64,000 nucleotides of DNA, taken from Sphyrna mokarran (lineage: Eukaryota). Numbering within the stretch: the stretch's first letter is position 1; each line of letters starts with the position of its first letter. Below the pieces are notes generated by a model. The model saw nothing but the letters and a program-made list of their open reading frames with translations, had not been told where the DNA came from and did not search any database. Both the position numbers and the translations under genes were made by a program. Shown here piece after piece: positions 1-12,400 of the stretch. The stretch lies in NCBI GenBank assembly GCA_024679065.1, contig JAGIQG010000034.1, forward strand, positions 13,516,001-13,580,000. Reading direction: 5' to 3'.

Positions 1-245
1 ATTTACCCACTAATCCCTTCTAATTTATGCATCACAGGACACTAAGGGGCAATTTTAGCATAGCCAATCAACCTAACTCGCACATCTTCAGACTGTGGGA
101 GGAAATCAGAGCTCCAGGAGGAAACCCATCCAGACACGAGGAGAATGTGCAGAGTCCACACAGACAGTGACCCAAATTGGGATTCAAACCCAGGTTCCTA
201 GAGCTGTGAAGTAAGAGAGCTAACCACTGTGCTAATGTACCGCCC
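1..245 (-). mobile_element. HE1-like tRNA-derived V-SINE, truncated by the window edge
   Basis: Reverse complement shows an A/B-box head (cagtggttagc...ggtttgaatcc) and V-domain (gggtttcctcc...tgctct..tttcctcccacagt); many similar copies in the window. Confidence 0.8.
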
Positions 246-2491
246 CCTCTTGTTAAGGAGTTTGATGCTTTCTTCAAGGTAGAGAAAAACAAAAACATGA
301 GACTGCTGCCACAGCTCATTATCTAGAGGGCTGGCAGGTGCTCTTGGAATAACCTCCGCAGGTCTGACGATGATGAGAGGGGATCTTAAAAAAAAAAAAT
401 TTGCATAAAAGATGTTTATTAAACTGCTAGTAAGAATCTGATTCTTCCAAAACTGAAAACTTCCAAAACTGCTTATTAGAAGCAGAAAGCAGGGCTTATC
501 AGAATGTAACAACATTCTGAGTATAAGACTAAAAATTTCAGATGACTGTCACTTTTTCATCCTAGTTCCACATTCATATTAAAATGGATTAATTGGGAAT
601 TGTGGATCACTGAATAATTATTTGTCTTGGCAAAATTACTACACTTTTTCCTGGAAATATTTACTTTGTTTTCTTTAATGCATTATGATGTTTAGAATTG
701 CTGTTGTATCTTGGTTTCAAAAGCAATGCATGTCTGCTACCACTTACAAGGCATTAATGTGTTGTAAAATGATAAGAGTAAGGAAATCTGAAATCCTAGT
801 TAGGAGGAGAAGGTGGCCCAATTTACAGCGGACACTAGTGTTAATGAAAATAGAAACACCCGCTAACAAAATAGTTAGTGCAAAGATTTCTGATATTTGT
901 AAAATTACATTTTGCATAGAGCGGATTGAGCGTGTTAGTAATGAGGACACCAGACATCTTAGAAGTAAATCGGCTGCAGCAGTGGAAAGTTCTGCATGAC
1001 GCATGCTGAAATGTGTTTTTCATTAGCAGCTGCCTTTGGCAGATTCTGTAAATTTCTTTACCATTGCTTCTGGAGCTCTTTATGTAATTAACTCTATCTG
1101 TATTAAATATTTTATGATTTTCTTTTGTGTTCCTTAAGTGTTAGCAATATCTTCAAGTAAATTCCTTTTGAAAGGGTTGAACCTCAATCAATTAGAAATC
1201 CAGTACCAATTTACCACGAAGATGTCTAATTTATGCTAGCTCAGTTTTGGCAAACAAATTTGAGTGCCTCATGGTAATGGAACACAATTGTAAGAAGAAT
1301 AGGCATCGTAAAATATGCTTGATATAAGCTAAGATGAAGTTTTAATGGGCAGCAAAATCCAGGGTCTGAGATGCAGCCATTTCTTGTTTGTCTTTTTCAA
1401 CGCACTCACAACTGCCGAGAAAGAAGTACTGTGATAAGAATGACCAGCACAAAGTACAGAATAAATATTTGGTGTATCAGTCTCATCCTGATGATAATCA
1501 AACTCTGAATTTCAATATTTTGTAAACTAAATTTGCCCTTTTTCCCCCATGGCTGAAAGAGGAAATATCTCACTTTGTGCGACGCTCAGTTATTCTGAAA
1601 CCTAGTTAAGATTTGGCACCTTGTCCCTGAATCAGGGAATTGAAGTTGGTTGACAGAGAAGGCACCACAATTGGTGCCAGGGTCCCACTCCTGATGAACA
1701 TCTACTGACTGTATTAGAAACAAATTCTATAATGTAAATGAGATTTCTACAATATCTTTCATTTTTGAGTGCCAGTCACTTACAAGGTCCACATTTCAGG
1801 TGTTCAGTCCCTGAAAAATAGCATTAAACACGATTGTTGCTATTATTGTCAGCAATTTTCTGTTAAGACTATTTCAAGCCAATCTCCTTTATGTCAATTG
1901 TAAAGAAAGCAAAAATGACCTTCATACAGCTCTCTTTGAGATTTATATTGTAGTTGATGAATAGACTGTAATTTTCTAAGTCTGCCTCCAAGCCTCCCAA
2001 CAACTGACGAGGAGTGCAGGCAAATGACAATATAAAAGATGATTTGAATCAACTTTGCAAGTTTAAAAAATTGAAATGGTTAGTTTGAGATTTGACATTG
2101 AACCAGTTCTGTGCATCAGTGTGCCATGTGTCATGGTGCAGGTTTGAGTTGAGATGCAAGCGTGCTGACTCACTGAACTGGCTCGTCACATTAACAGTCC
2201 GGAGGGGAACTGGGTATTCCAAAACACAAGGCGCACAGCAAATATGGGTTTGTGGTTTGTGGTAGACGAACTGTGTATTTTCAGGATTACCGTTAACGAT
2301 GGAAAACTCTTGTTGACAGTCAGTAGCATATGTATCAATTAAAAATGTTTTTACAGTTTGAGAGGAAAGTGAGGAAATTGCAAGTGCATATTGTAGTTGA
2401 AGTGCTGATTCACTAAAGCAGCATTTTGATTCAGAGGCGGAATGGAACAAGGTTATTGTATGCGTCACTGTGCTGAGTCCCAAAGGGAGAA

Positions 2492-3430
2492 AATTACTTG
2501 CATTAATGCAATATTTTATCTACAATTCAGGACATCACAAAATACTTCCTAGCCAATGAATTACCATTGAATTGAAGTCTAGAAAGCAACATATTTTGCA
2601 CACGTCACCTTCCTGCAAAATAAAAGCTAATAATTTAATCAGTTTTGATATTAATTGAAGGCAAAAGCAAGGAACCTTTTATACAACATTGTGCAACATT
2701 AAATTCTATTTCTGGGCACCACTGTTTAGAAAGGATTTTGAGAGGGTCTGGAAATATTTAGGAGAGTAATTCCAGGGATGACGGACTTGGATGAATTGAA
2801 ATAGTTGGGACTGTTTTCCTTAGAGAAGTTTGAGATGAGATTTGATAGAGGTATTCAAATCATGAGGAATCTGGACAGAGTAAATAGAAATTGTTTCCGC
2901 TGACGGTGAGGGCAATGGGGGGTGAGATTCAAAGGGCACAGCTATAAATTGATGGGCAAAATAACCAGAGGTGACCACAGGAAGAACATTTTTTACACAG
3001 AATGGTTAGGATCTGGAATGCACTGTCTTGGGTGTGTGATGGAGGCAGATTCAGTTGTAGCTTTTAAAACGGAATTCTGAATACTGTAATTTTCTGAAGA
3101 GAAAAGGTTTTCAGAGCATGGGCTAGAGAAATAAGGCAGGGAAGAGTAATTAGCTGCATTGCTCTGGCAGAGAGTGGGAGACAAGATGGGTCAAAAGGCT
3201 CCTGTGCTACAACCATTCTTTAATTCTAAAATGTTGGCAAATGGGAGATGGGAGAATCTGTGTTCCAATTCAAAAAAGTCTCATCTGTAAAGCATGTTGT
3301 GGTATTCAGGCTGCTCCTCCATTCCTGGTTAAAGTAACAGCCTAGATTATATGTTCAAGTGATGCTGTGGGGCTTGACCAGATAACCTTCTGACTCAGAA
3401 TAAGAAGTTCCGGTAGCTGGGGCACACTGA
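2492..3430 (-). mobile_element. Old DeuSINE (SacSINE1/AmnSINE-like) split by a CR1 insertion
   Basis: Tail at about 2492-2690 and head/Deu-like body at about 3225-3430 (cagcctagattat...ccttctgactcag), with CR1 between. Confidence 0.55.
2705..3222 (+). mobile_element. CR1 LINE 3' fragment
   Basis: Degenerate ORF2 end (gatttgatagaggtattcaaatcatg; ttttacacagaatggttaggatctggaatgcactg) plus 3' UTR. Confidence 0.75.
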
Positions 3431-3474
3431 TGTTCAAAAGTACAAAATGGCTAATTCAACGAGCTCTACTGAAT

Positions 3475-3614
3475 TAGAGAACTGACAAAAGGCCATCTAG
3501 ACTCTAAACATTAGCTCTATTCTCTCTCCACTGATGCTGTCAGATCTGTTGAGATTTTCCAGCATCTTCTGTTTTTGTTTCAGATTCCAGCATCCACAGT
3601 AATTTGCTTTTATC
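3475..3614 (+). mobile_element. Short Penelope-like terminal repeat with decayed hammerhead
   Basis: ctgacaaaaggcc..gactctaaacatt..gatgctgtcagatctgttgagattttccagcat..cagattccagcatccacagta; homologous to the 6908 and 46860 copies. Confidence 0.65.
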
Positions 3615-4966
3615 TTAGTATGTTTTAACTCTGACTAAGGAAAAGATATATGAACATTGCATTCACAGTGTGGAATTACCAATGAGGGTAGATAACGGAT
3701 GGAATATCCTGTTAATGTGCTTTCACCACTGGGCATGGCACTTGTTGGTTTCACAGGATGGCAATATAAAATACTGTTCCAGTTTTATGATGGGCTTAGA
3801 GATAATTATTTATTGGATATTCTATTCAGCAGTATGTAATTTTGTAGAATTAAATTCTGAAGGAAAACTCTCAGTATTTTTCTCCATTGTTGTGTTATAA
3901 GTTTATTCCACCTTTGTAAAGGAATGATGACTGTGATTAAGGCATGTTGTCCTTTTGTATAAAGACTCCATCACTCCTACCTCTCTCCCCAAGATAGACA
4001 GAGAGAGAATTGATCCCTTGTTTATGAGTGGTTGTGGTTATTACGATGACCAAGTTGAATGGAGTATCAGCGACTGGTCACATTGTCTGCTTCTGGCTGC
4101 TTATTGTTCTGTTTTTTTAAATGATTGGACTGTGAATTTCTCAAGTGGCAGCCAATAGAGGAAAATTAATTCAGTTAACTCACAAAAAGAAGTTAAACTG
4201 CTCTTGTGTGTTGCTATCAATAGGCAATAATAGTGTAAACCCAAAGATTTTATTTTCTCTTGTATTGTGTGAAACTTGTTCTAGTGTCTCTGGTTCACTG
4301 AAAGTCCAGCCAGCTGCAAGGTTAATGTGAAATTATGTGAACTCAAATGATGCCGATGATTGGTACGACCTCATGAAGAGAGGATCTCCCAGCTGCAAGA
4401 TATATAGAAGCATTGATTACAAAAGCAAGAAATGATCTTAATTAGACCGTGGCTAAAATACTTCAGGTACTTGTTTATCGGAAAGATATTTTAGCTATGG
4501 AAAAAGTACAGCAAAGCTGCACTAAAACGATTGGTTGGATAACCTTTTAACTGGCTTATCTTTTGTCTTTTGTTGTGACTTGTAGAAGCTACCCTGGTGG
4601 GAGGTTGATTATTCTGCAGCTACCTGGTTTATCCCTCTCTCCCGTTTTGATCAGAGGCTTCATATTAGTAACTTTCAAGTTTTCAGGTGCAACTTTCATA
4701 GACAAGATTGCTGTACTATTATCTGATTTTCTACCATTTAGGATTTTTAAAATTTAGACTTCCACCAATTTTATAATACTCCTTCCTTGCTTGTCTTACT
4801 TCATTGATTTACTTCCTTTTCTTGTACACTTTTTCTTCTCGCTACTGTACAATTCTCTAAAATCAGAAGCATTTAAAATCTTCATATTTCTTTTTTCCTC
4901 TTCAATCAGCCCGTTTTCTCAATCATGCTTTTAGTTGTGGCTTATTAATTCTTTTTTCATTTCTTG

Positions 4967-6500
4967 TGTGATGATATTGTGCTGTTAACATATTTTATGT
5001 TTAAGAGGAGATTGCTTTTAGAGGCAGTGTTTTGTTATAAGTGGTTGGCTTGTCTGACAGGAATGCAGCAGATGCTGAGAAAGCAGGATAATTATTCATT
5101 TTAGTCATGTAAGTGTTTATTTAGTAGATGAGGTATGCTTTTCATTAAAGTAATATGGTGAGTTAGCTAAACAGGGACATAGTTGTATGATATTAAAAAT
5201 GGGAGGACCTAGGCTTGAGGGAAAAAGCAGTTTAATTTTCATTTTAAAAATAAAGAGCAGCTGATTTCTGGAACTGGTAGAAAGAAGAGGTGCTCTTTCA
5301 CTCTCTCTCAAGTTTTCTCAAAGCTCCAATACTATTAACAAAAGTTAAAGTAAGTATACCTGAGTTTTGCTAACTGTGAAGTGTGTTTAAGTCTATAAGA
5401 GAAATATTGCTTAATTGAAACTGACATAGTGTTAAGTTAAAACTTACTGTTCCTTTTCTGTAAGGGGATTTTCTGGGGCATCCCTCACAGCTAACACAAA
5501 GACTTGCAAAAGATAGTGTGCAGTTAAAGATATTCTCTGGCATTCTTTATTTGAACAACATGTATTGGGAGAGAGAGACAGTCAGAGGATTCCAACTTTC
5601 TCTCTGACACTACATCATGAGCACAACAGATATATATTTCTGAAGATTTGATCTTCCTATCCCACTTGTCATCCAAACTAGATGGGCCAATTACATTAGT
5701 ACACTTTATTTACTTCTAGCCAGTAGCTTCTAGGAGAATTAGGAATTAATTTGTTGATTGAACCCAGAGGCTTCCCCCCCCTCCCCTCTCAGTTTGCCTA
5801 ATAATGTTACTTATTCAAACCTGATAGGTTCCAGGATTGTTTCTAACACCTGCAGTCCTGGGAATGAGAAGGGAATCATCTATCTTACCTGTTTTCTGTC
5901 TCCTTATCAGTGGAGACTGAATACGTCTGTTCATTGCAGCGAGAAGCTGAAATTTTCTATACATTTCAAAGACTTTGACTACTTGTAGCTGCCTGGCCTG
6001 CCCCCAGTAATAGGGCATACGCACTATGCTTCATTGTTCCAAAAGAATGTGGTCTGTCTAATTAAACTTATTTCCCATTATGCCAAGGAGTAAAATTGCT
6101 CACAAGAAAATGCAAAAAGACAATTTAAATCTATAATACTTGTTCTAAAATGATTATATATGTGTGTATATGGGCAATACCTTTGTATAATATATAAGTG
6201 AGTCACATTATGATACCTTTGATATATTTAAGGTACTCTGTGTTCTCTATTTTAAACTAATTTACTTTGTTTTAATCTCAAAATAGCAGGTGTTTCTATA
6301 TCCCCGCTACACTTTTATCTTGATTATTGTTCAACTGTTAAGGGCTAAGCTAATTCATTTGTTATAGTTAAACTGTGTTGTTTAATAAAAGTCAGCAGAG
6401 CAATAAATCTTATCCTCACGTTTATACCAAAATAGAAATATTTTTGGGGTCTAGTCTGGCTTCATAATATACCTTGGGATTCTGATTTGCCACCCTAACA
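4967..6500 (+). mobile_element. Possible solo LTR (Gypsy-like)
   Basis: TG...CA termini with CTTG on both sides (4963-4966, 6501-6504) and AATAAA motifs near 6384-6407; no coding remnants. Confidence 0.4.
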
Positions 6501-6907
6501 CTTGGCCTTTCTGGTTTCAGTTTTTATTTCCCTGTGCCTGATATAACTCATTCCCTTTTAACAATCTTTTCTACCTGCCTTGTTACTTTAAAAGATTTTC
6601 ATTCCTAGATTTCTTCATTCCTCAATAAGGATATTACGCTAGGTACACTTAATTTTACTGTTCTTCGTCGCAAAATGTACAACTTTTCTCTACATTAAAT
6701 TCATTTGTTGCCTCTCTGCCCTTCCTGCTAACTACAGCCCTCTTGCATTCTTCCCCACAATTTGTTACATGCATATTTGTTATATCTGGTATACGAAATG
6801 TCATCTTGTTGTTCCCAGAAGTTCAGATAATCACGCTTGTAGATTCTCAGTGAATGGAAGCTGCAGCATTTATTTCTGAGATCACAGCAGGACTTGTATG
6901 TTATTAA

Positions 6908-7046
6908 AATATAAAAACAAATCACCTTGGATGCTGGAACCTGAAACCGAAAGAGAAAATGCTGGGAAATTTCAGCAGGTCTGACAGCATTTGTCAGGAG
7001 AGAAAAGAGCTGATGTTTCGAGTCCAGATGACCCTTTGTCAAAGCT
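6908..7046 (-). mobile_element. Short Penelope-like terminal repeat
   Basis: Reverse-complement homolog of 3475-3614 and 46860-46992. Confidence 0.65.
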
Positions 7047-9172
7047 GATGTTGTTATGTTGTTAGTTTTATTCACAAGTTTTAGTGTAGCAGTGAGTGAT
7101 GTGGCACCTTGGGTATTATGTATACATACATATCAGCATATCTTTCCTAAATTATAATAGAGTAATAGGAAACTTCCATTTCAATTTAAGAACTCTCGGT
7201 ACAGATCTGAAACACCTTAATGTTGACAATTTGGAAAATATCTGTTTTGAAATGTCTGTGTGTGTTCTTCGTGAGTTATCAGACATTTCAGGAAAAGTAG
7301 ATATTGTGCGTCACTTGTGTGTCCATGTTGATCAGTCTGTTTCTTTTTGAGTAATTCCATCCTCTGCTATGGAGGAATACTGTTTACCTACTGTATTCTC
7401 GATATAGATGAGCCTTTTCCTCCAGACAATGTTCAGTTGGATTTTTCGTGTTGAATGAGCTATCCAGGACAACATTGTGTGTGGCATAAGGGCATCGTTA
7501 TGATGATCTGGGTGGATGATGTTTAATGTGATGTGACAGAGCTCCGTAATAATGCTAGTAGCATCTGATTTTTTAAAAACCCAACCTCCACTGTTATTAA
7601 AGCAGAGGTGGGTGGAGAGAAATGTCATCAGCTTTCAGTGGCAATTATGAATATCTCATTGCTTGTAAAATTGTAAGTCTACCCTAGGTCACGTGATAAA
7701 GTAGTAAATTTTTATTTTTCCTCTCGGAAGTATAAGATTTAGCAGTTGCTAGGCAACAAAATAACTTATGACCCATAATTAAATGAGGGACAGTAAAGAT
7801 TCTGGATTTGAGGTCAGATTGTGACAAACTTTTTCTTTGTTTTGCCAGGGTATAGTGGTTTTTTAAAATTTCTCAGCCTACCCCTCAGACCTTTCAACTC
7901 CTTAAGGCTCCAGCCCTTATACACTGGATACATTACCAACATGTTTAAAGATTAAGGCCTAGTTTTATTTCAAGATTCACTTTAACCTTCTCATTTTTTT
8001 AGTCATACCACCAGAGATGCAAACCAAAATTGTGACTAAGGGGCGGAAATACTCAAAAGCCTTTACAGCCTATATGTGTAAATTGGGAGGCAGTATCTTG
8101 AATTTAAACTCCATGATCTTTTTCCTAAAAAGTGCCCTTGCTATTTTGCTAAAAGCATCTCCATCCTTCATCTCCCCACGCCTATGTGGCTTACCTCGTA
8201 TACATAAATCTTTTCCTTTCTCATTACTGAGTACAATATTTTTGCCATTTCTATCAGTCAGATTTTAGACCACAGGTTTACAACTGCAGTTATTGCTGCT
8301 CTCACGTGAGAATGGGTTGATGACAGCAAGGGATCCAGAAATGTTTGAAAATCACTGCTTTTCTAAACCACCACAATTCTTTTTCATGCTCGAGTAATAT
8401 ACCGCCATAATTTGTACACAGTTCTACATGGTGCAATTTGGAAGACATTAGTGAGCAATGATATTGGTGTCCTACACATTCCACTGTGTTACAGAGCTGG
8501 AGTATACTTCAATTGAGTCCAACGGGAGATGTCCATAGTAACTGTATTGGTTCTGTACTGCTAACCTGAGTGCTACAGAGTAAAAGGTTGTTGTAATGTG
8601 CTCTTAATCCTTTGTACTATCTCTTTGTATTTCAAAACCAAGGAGTGGCAAATTGCTTGATTCCTTCTATCTGGCCTTTGATACCTTAACATTTAACTTA
8701 AGGGTACTACAAAGCATTTCTAATCTGGCTCTTTGACAATATCTTCTGCAAAGGAATGAGAATAGAAAATGCTGGGAATGCACAGGTGTGGCAGTATCTG
8801 GAAAGAGAAAGACAGGTTAAGGGGTAGGGTTATGTCCTGGAGGTAGGAATCTGTCGATTCTCTTTGCTGATATTGACTCCAGTGTTTCAGTATTTTCTTG
8901 TATTTCAGTATTGCATTATATTCCGGTTTTTTTCTGTTTAGCTTGTGCTAGAGACAGGTCGTTATTCTAAAATTCCTGGTAATTTTTAAATGTTTTGGTT
9001 TTTATAAATGAGCGGGTATTTTGCTGCAGTTATCTGCAGAGAACAATTCTTGCAGCATTGGTTTCTGAATGTGAATGTGTCAGTCAGGTTATGAATGCTG
9101 CACATTTAAACCCTGTCCAAAAATGTCATGAGAAACGTTCCTCAAATGTCATTTTTCATTCATCTTTCTTAG

Positions 9173-9421
9173 GGTAGCCAGGAGCCAGCAGCCACCCCAG
9201 ACGCTATGGTACAGCCGTATGCTACAGTTCCATTCCCTCCCCCTCCTCCTCCTCCTCCTCAGAATGGAATTCCAACAGAATACACTGTTCCACACACTCA
9301 GGACTACACAGGCCAGACGCCAGTCCCAGACCATACTCTGAATATCTACGCATCCAGTCAGACTCTTGGGGAACAGAGTGGCACAATTGCCAATGTGCAG
9401 CCTGTATCTGGAACCGCCACA
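9173..9421 (+). CDS. RBFOX2: RBFOX2 exon, 249 nt, phase 0/0, N-terminal Pro/Gln-rich region (internal ATG at 9206)
   Basis: ttcttAG|ggtagc...gccaca|GTAAGT; encodes [37 protein letters not shown]...SGTAT. Confidence 0.95.
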
Positions 9422-12400
9422 GTAAGTCAAAAATCAGGCTTTAGTCTTCATCCTGCATAGTGATACAAAAAAGTTTAACTTTCTATCTTATTTTAATGCA
9501 ATCAGCACAAGCTTACTATTACATACCCAAGAATCAGATATACAGAGCGCATGGTTTTACATGTAGGCAGTCATGATATTTTTCCAGTTGGAGAAGTAAT
9601 TCTGTAATTGACTAGCTTCTAACTATTTGCATGTTGAATTTAGTGACCACAGCCCAAGGTTTGCAAGCACCCAATTGCTCATGAATGAAACTTTAAAGAA
9701 AGATGCAGTTAGTGCATGTTGCATTCACAATTTTATCAACTTCAGAAAACTGGCAGTGATAAAATGCATTTTCTATTTGTACAGGTCAGTCAGCCTGCAG
9801 TAAGAACCAAGGTTATCCACATTATTGTATATGCTTACAATACAATCCATAGTCTTTGAGATGGTATCAGTTTCTTTTGAGCCATCCAGCAAAGCTTCTG
9901 CCCTAAAAGAGATTTATTAATGCCAAGGATACTGGTGACACAATGTTAACACCTTGTGGGCTTTTGCAGTCTTGAGGGAATATACTCTCCACCTAAAAAC
10001 ATTTTATTGCACTCAGCCATAATAGTATCTGTACAAGCTGGATTAAACTGTTAAAATTGAATAAAAATTGTCCATATCTGAATTCTCCTTTCTAATTGTG
10101 CATCTAAACACCTATCTACATTTTTAAATTAAAGATATGTCAATTCATTTGTAAATAGCTTTTCACCCTTTTGCACCCTCTTGATCTTGGCCCTTTGGGC
10201 TTTGAGACAAAAGAAGAGAGCAAACATAAAGGATTCAGAGTGGTAGAAGGTGAAAAGTGGAGTTCTACATGGATCATCAGTGCTGAAACCACTGTTGTCC
10301 ACAACTTGCAAATGACACTGAGTTAGAGGTATAGTTAGTCTAAAGAGGACAGCAGCTATTTACAAAAGACATTAAAATAGTTGAAGAATAGGCACAGAAT
10401 TGCAAATGAATTTCAACATTGGTAATCATGAGGTACTACATTTTGATGAGGGAAATAAGGACATTCATTGGAAAGTAAGAATCTAAATAATGTAAAGGAG
10501 GAAAAGAATCTGGAAATATAAACACACAAATCACAAAGTAATGATGTCAGATTAATAAGGAAAGTACTAGAATTTAAATTGATATAGACTGAAAGTGGAG
10601 AAGTTATGCTGTTTTGAACCTTAGAGAGCACTTGGAGTATTGTTTATACTTCTGATTGTCATAGTATAAAAGGGATATGGTACCAGAAATGTGAGGTTGT
10701 ATCTATGAAGAAAAATGAACAACTTGGGGGTCTCTTTTGAAGAGCGAAGGCTGAGGGGTGACTGTGTAGAAGTCTTTAAAATTAGGAAAGGTTATGACAA
10801 AGTTGTGAGAAAGAGCAAAATTGCAGCTCATCAGCATAAAATAGTCACCAAGAAATCAGATAGAAAATTCAGAATAAGTTTTTTATCCGGAAAATGTTAG
10901 GCAGTGTTCCCACTCAATTGGGTGCGTAGGTAGTCACAACGTACCATGGGAGCATGTTTGTGGGATAAATGTCTATGTATAGCCACGGAAAGTAATATAA
11001 AGGCACTGTGCACTTAAAAAAAAAACAGTCGCACAAAAAGAGAGAAATTCCAAAAGGAACATTAGTGGTGAGAATGTAGAACTTATTAACATGGAGTGTT
11101 TGAGGTCAATAGTACAGATTTATTTAACAGGAGGTTAAGTGAATATTTGAGGGAGATGGAAATAGAATTAGAGAAAAGTTGGAAAAAGGCTCAAGTGGGG
11201 CTCAACTGTCAGCATGGAATTGTATGGCTGAAAGACCTTTTGTAGTGTTGTATATTCTATGTAATGTCAGGAAGCTCTTCTTTAAATTAAAGAAGCTGAA
11301 GGTTTGGCACGCTCTTCTCCAAAATAAGAGAGGCAATGGCATAGTGGTATAATCACTGGACTTGTAATCCAGAGACCTAGGGTAATTTTGAACCAGGGAC
11401 CCAGGATTCGAATCTTATTATGCAGAATTTGATAAAAAGAAAATCTGGAATTTAAAATCTACTAATGACCTTGAAACCATTGTTAATTGCTGTAAAAACC
11501 CATCCAGTTCACTAGTATTCTGTAGGGAAGAAAATCTGCTGTCCTTATCAGGTCTGGTATTCATGTGACTCTGCACACACAGCAATGTCTTAGCTGCCCT
11601 CAGTTCAAGCACAGTTAAGGATAGGCAACAAATGCTGGCCCAGCCAGTCACATCCACATCCCATGAAAGAATTGAAGTGAGACAATTGAAAATTTTTAAA
11701 ATGGAGTTTGAGGATGTTAAAGGATTGAATTATTATACATATCAGCTGAAGTGCCGCATGCTTGAGGGGCTGGATGGCTTCCTCCTGTTTGCTAGATTTG
11801 CCTCAGTATTTAGCCTCCAGACAATCTAGTGGTTTTTTTTAAACCCCAATATGAAAAGACTTCCCTAACTCACCCAAGTCCTGCCCTGGAATTTTAATCA
11901 CTCCTTTGGCAGTCAAGCACACCACTGTCAATTTCCTCTGCCCTGAGTTTCCTTCCCTCAATACCTCTTCATCTTTCTCCAGCTTCAAGATACTCCTTTA
12001 AATCTTTCTCTTAGATCAAGCTTTTGGAACCTGACATGGTATCACCATCAGTGACTTGTGGTGTCAAAAATAGTTGTAAGCATCTTGTGATGTTTTGTTC
12101 TGTTAACGATACTGTTTTGTGAAGGGGAAGTTTCATCACGATAATTGATGTCTGAACTTCCATTTAACTTCAGCTTTAATTGTGGATGTACACAAATGAG
12201 AAATGAATTCATCCAATTCACATCTAATCTTCACACCAATTACTACTAGTTCAGGTACTTAACTGTTGGAAATAAAAATTTAAAAAAGTTGGAAGTTCTC
12301 AGCAGGCCAGGCAGTATCTGTGGAGAGAGAAACAGTTGACATTTCAGGTCAAAGACCTTTCATCAGAACTGGGAAAAGTTAAAGATATCTCTAAGTTTTG

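Noticed and set aside
685-2483. Possible alternative first exon or promoter (ORFs 685-999 and 2049-2483; TGCATG/GCATG at 993-1005)
   Set aside because: No ATG-to-phase-0 donor resembling known RBFOX N-termini and no CpG island found; I cannot support a call.
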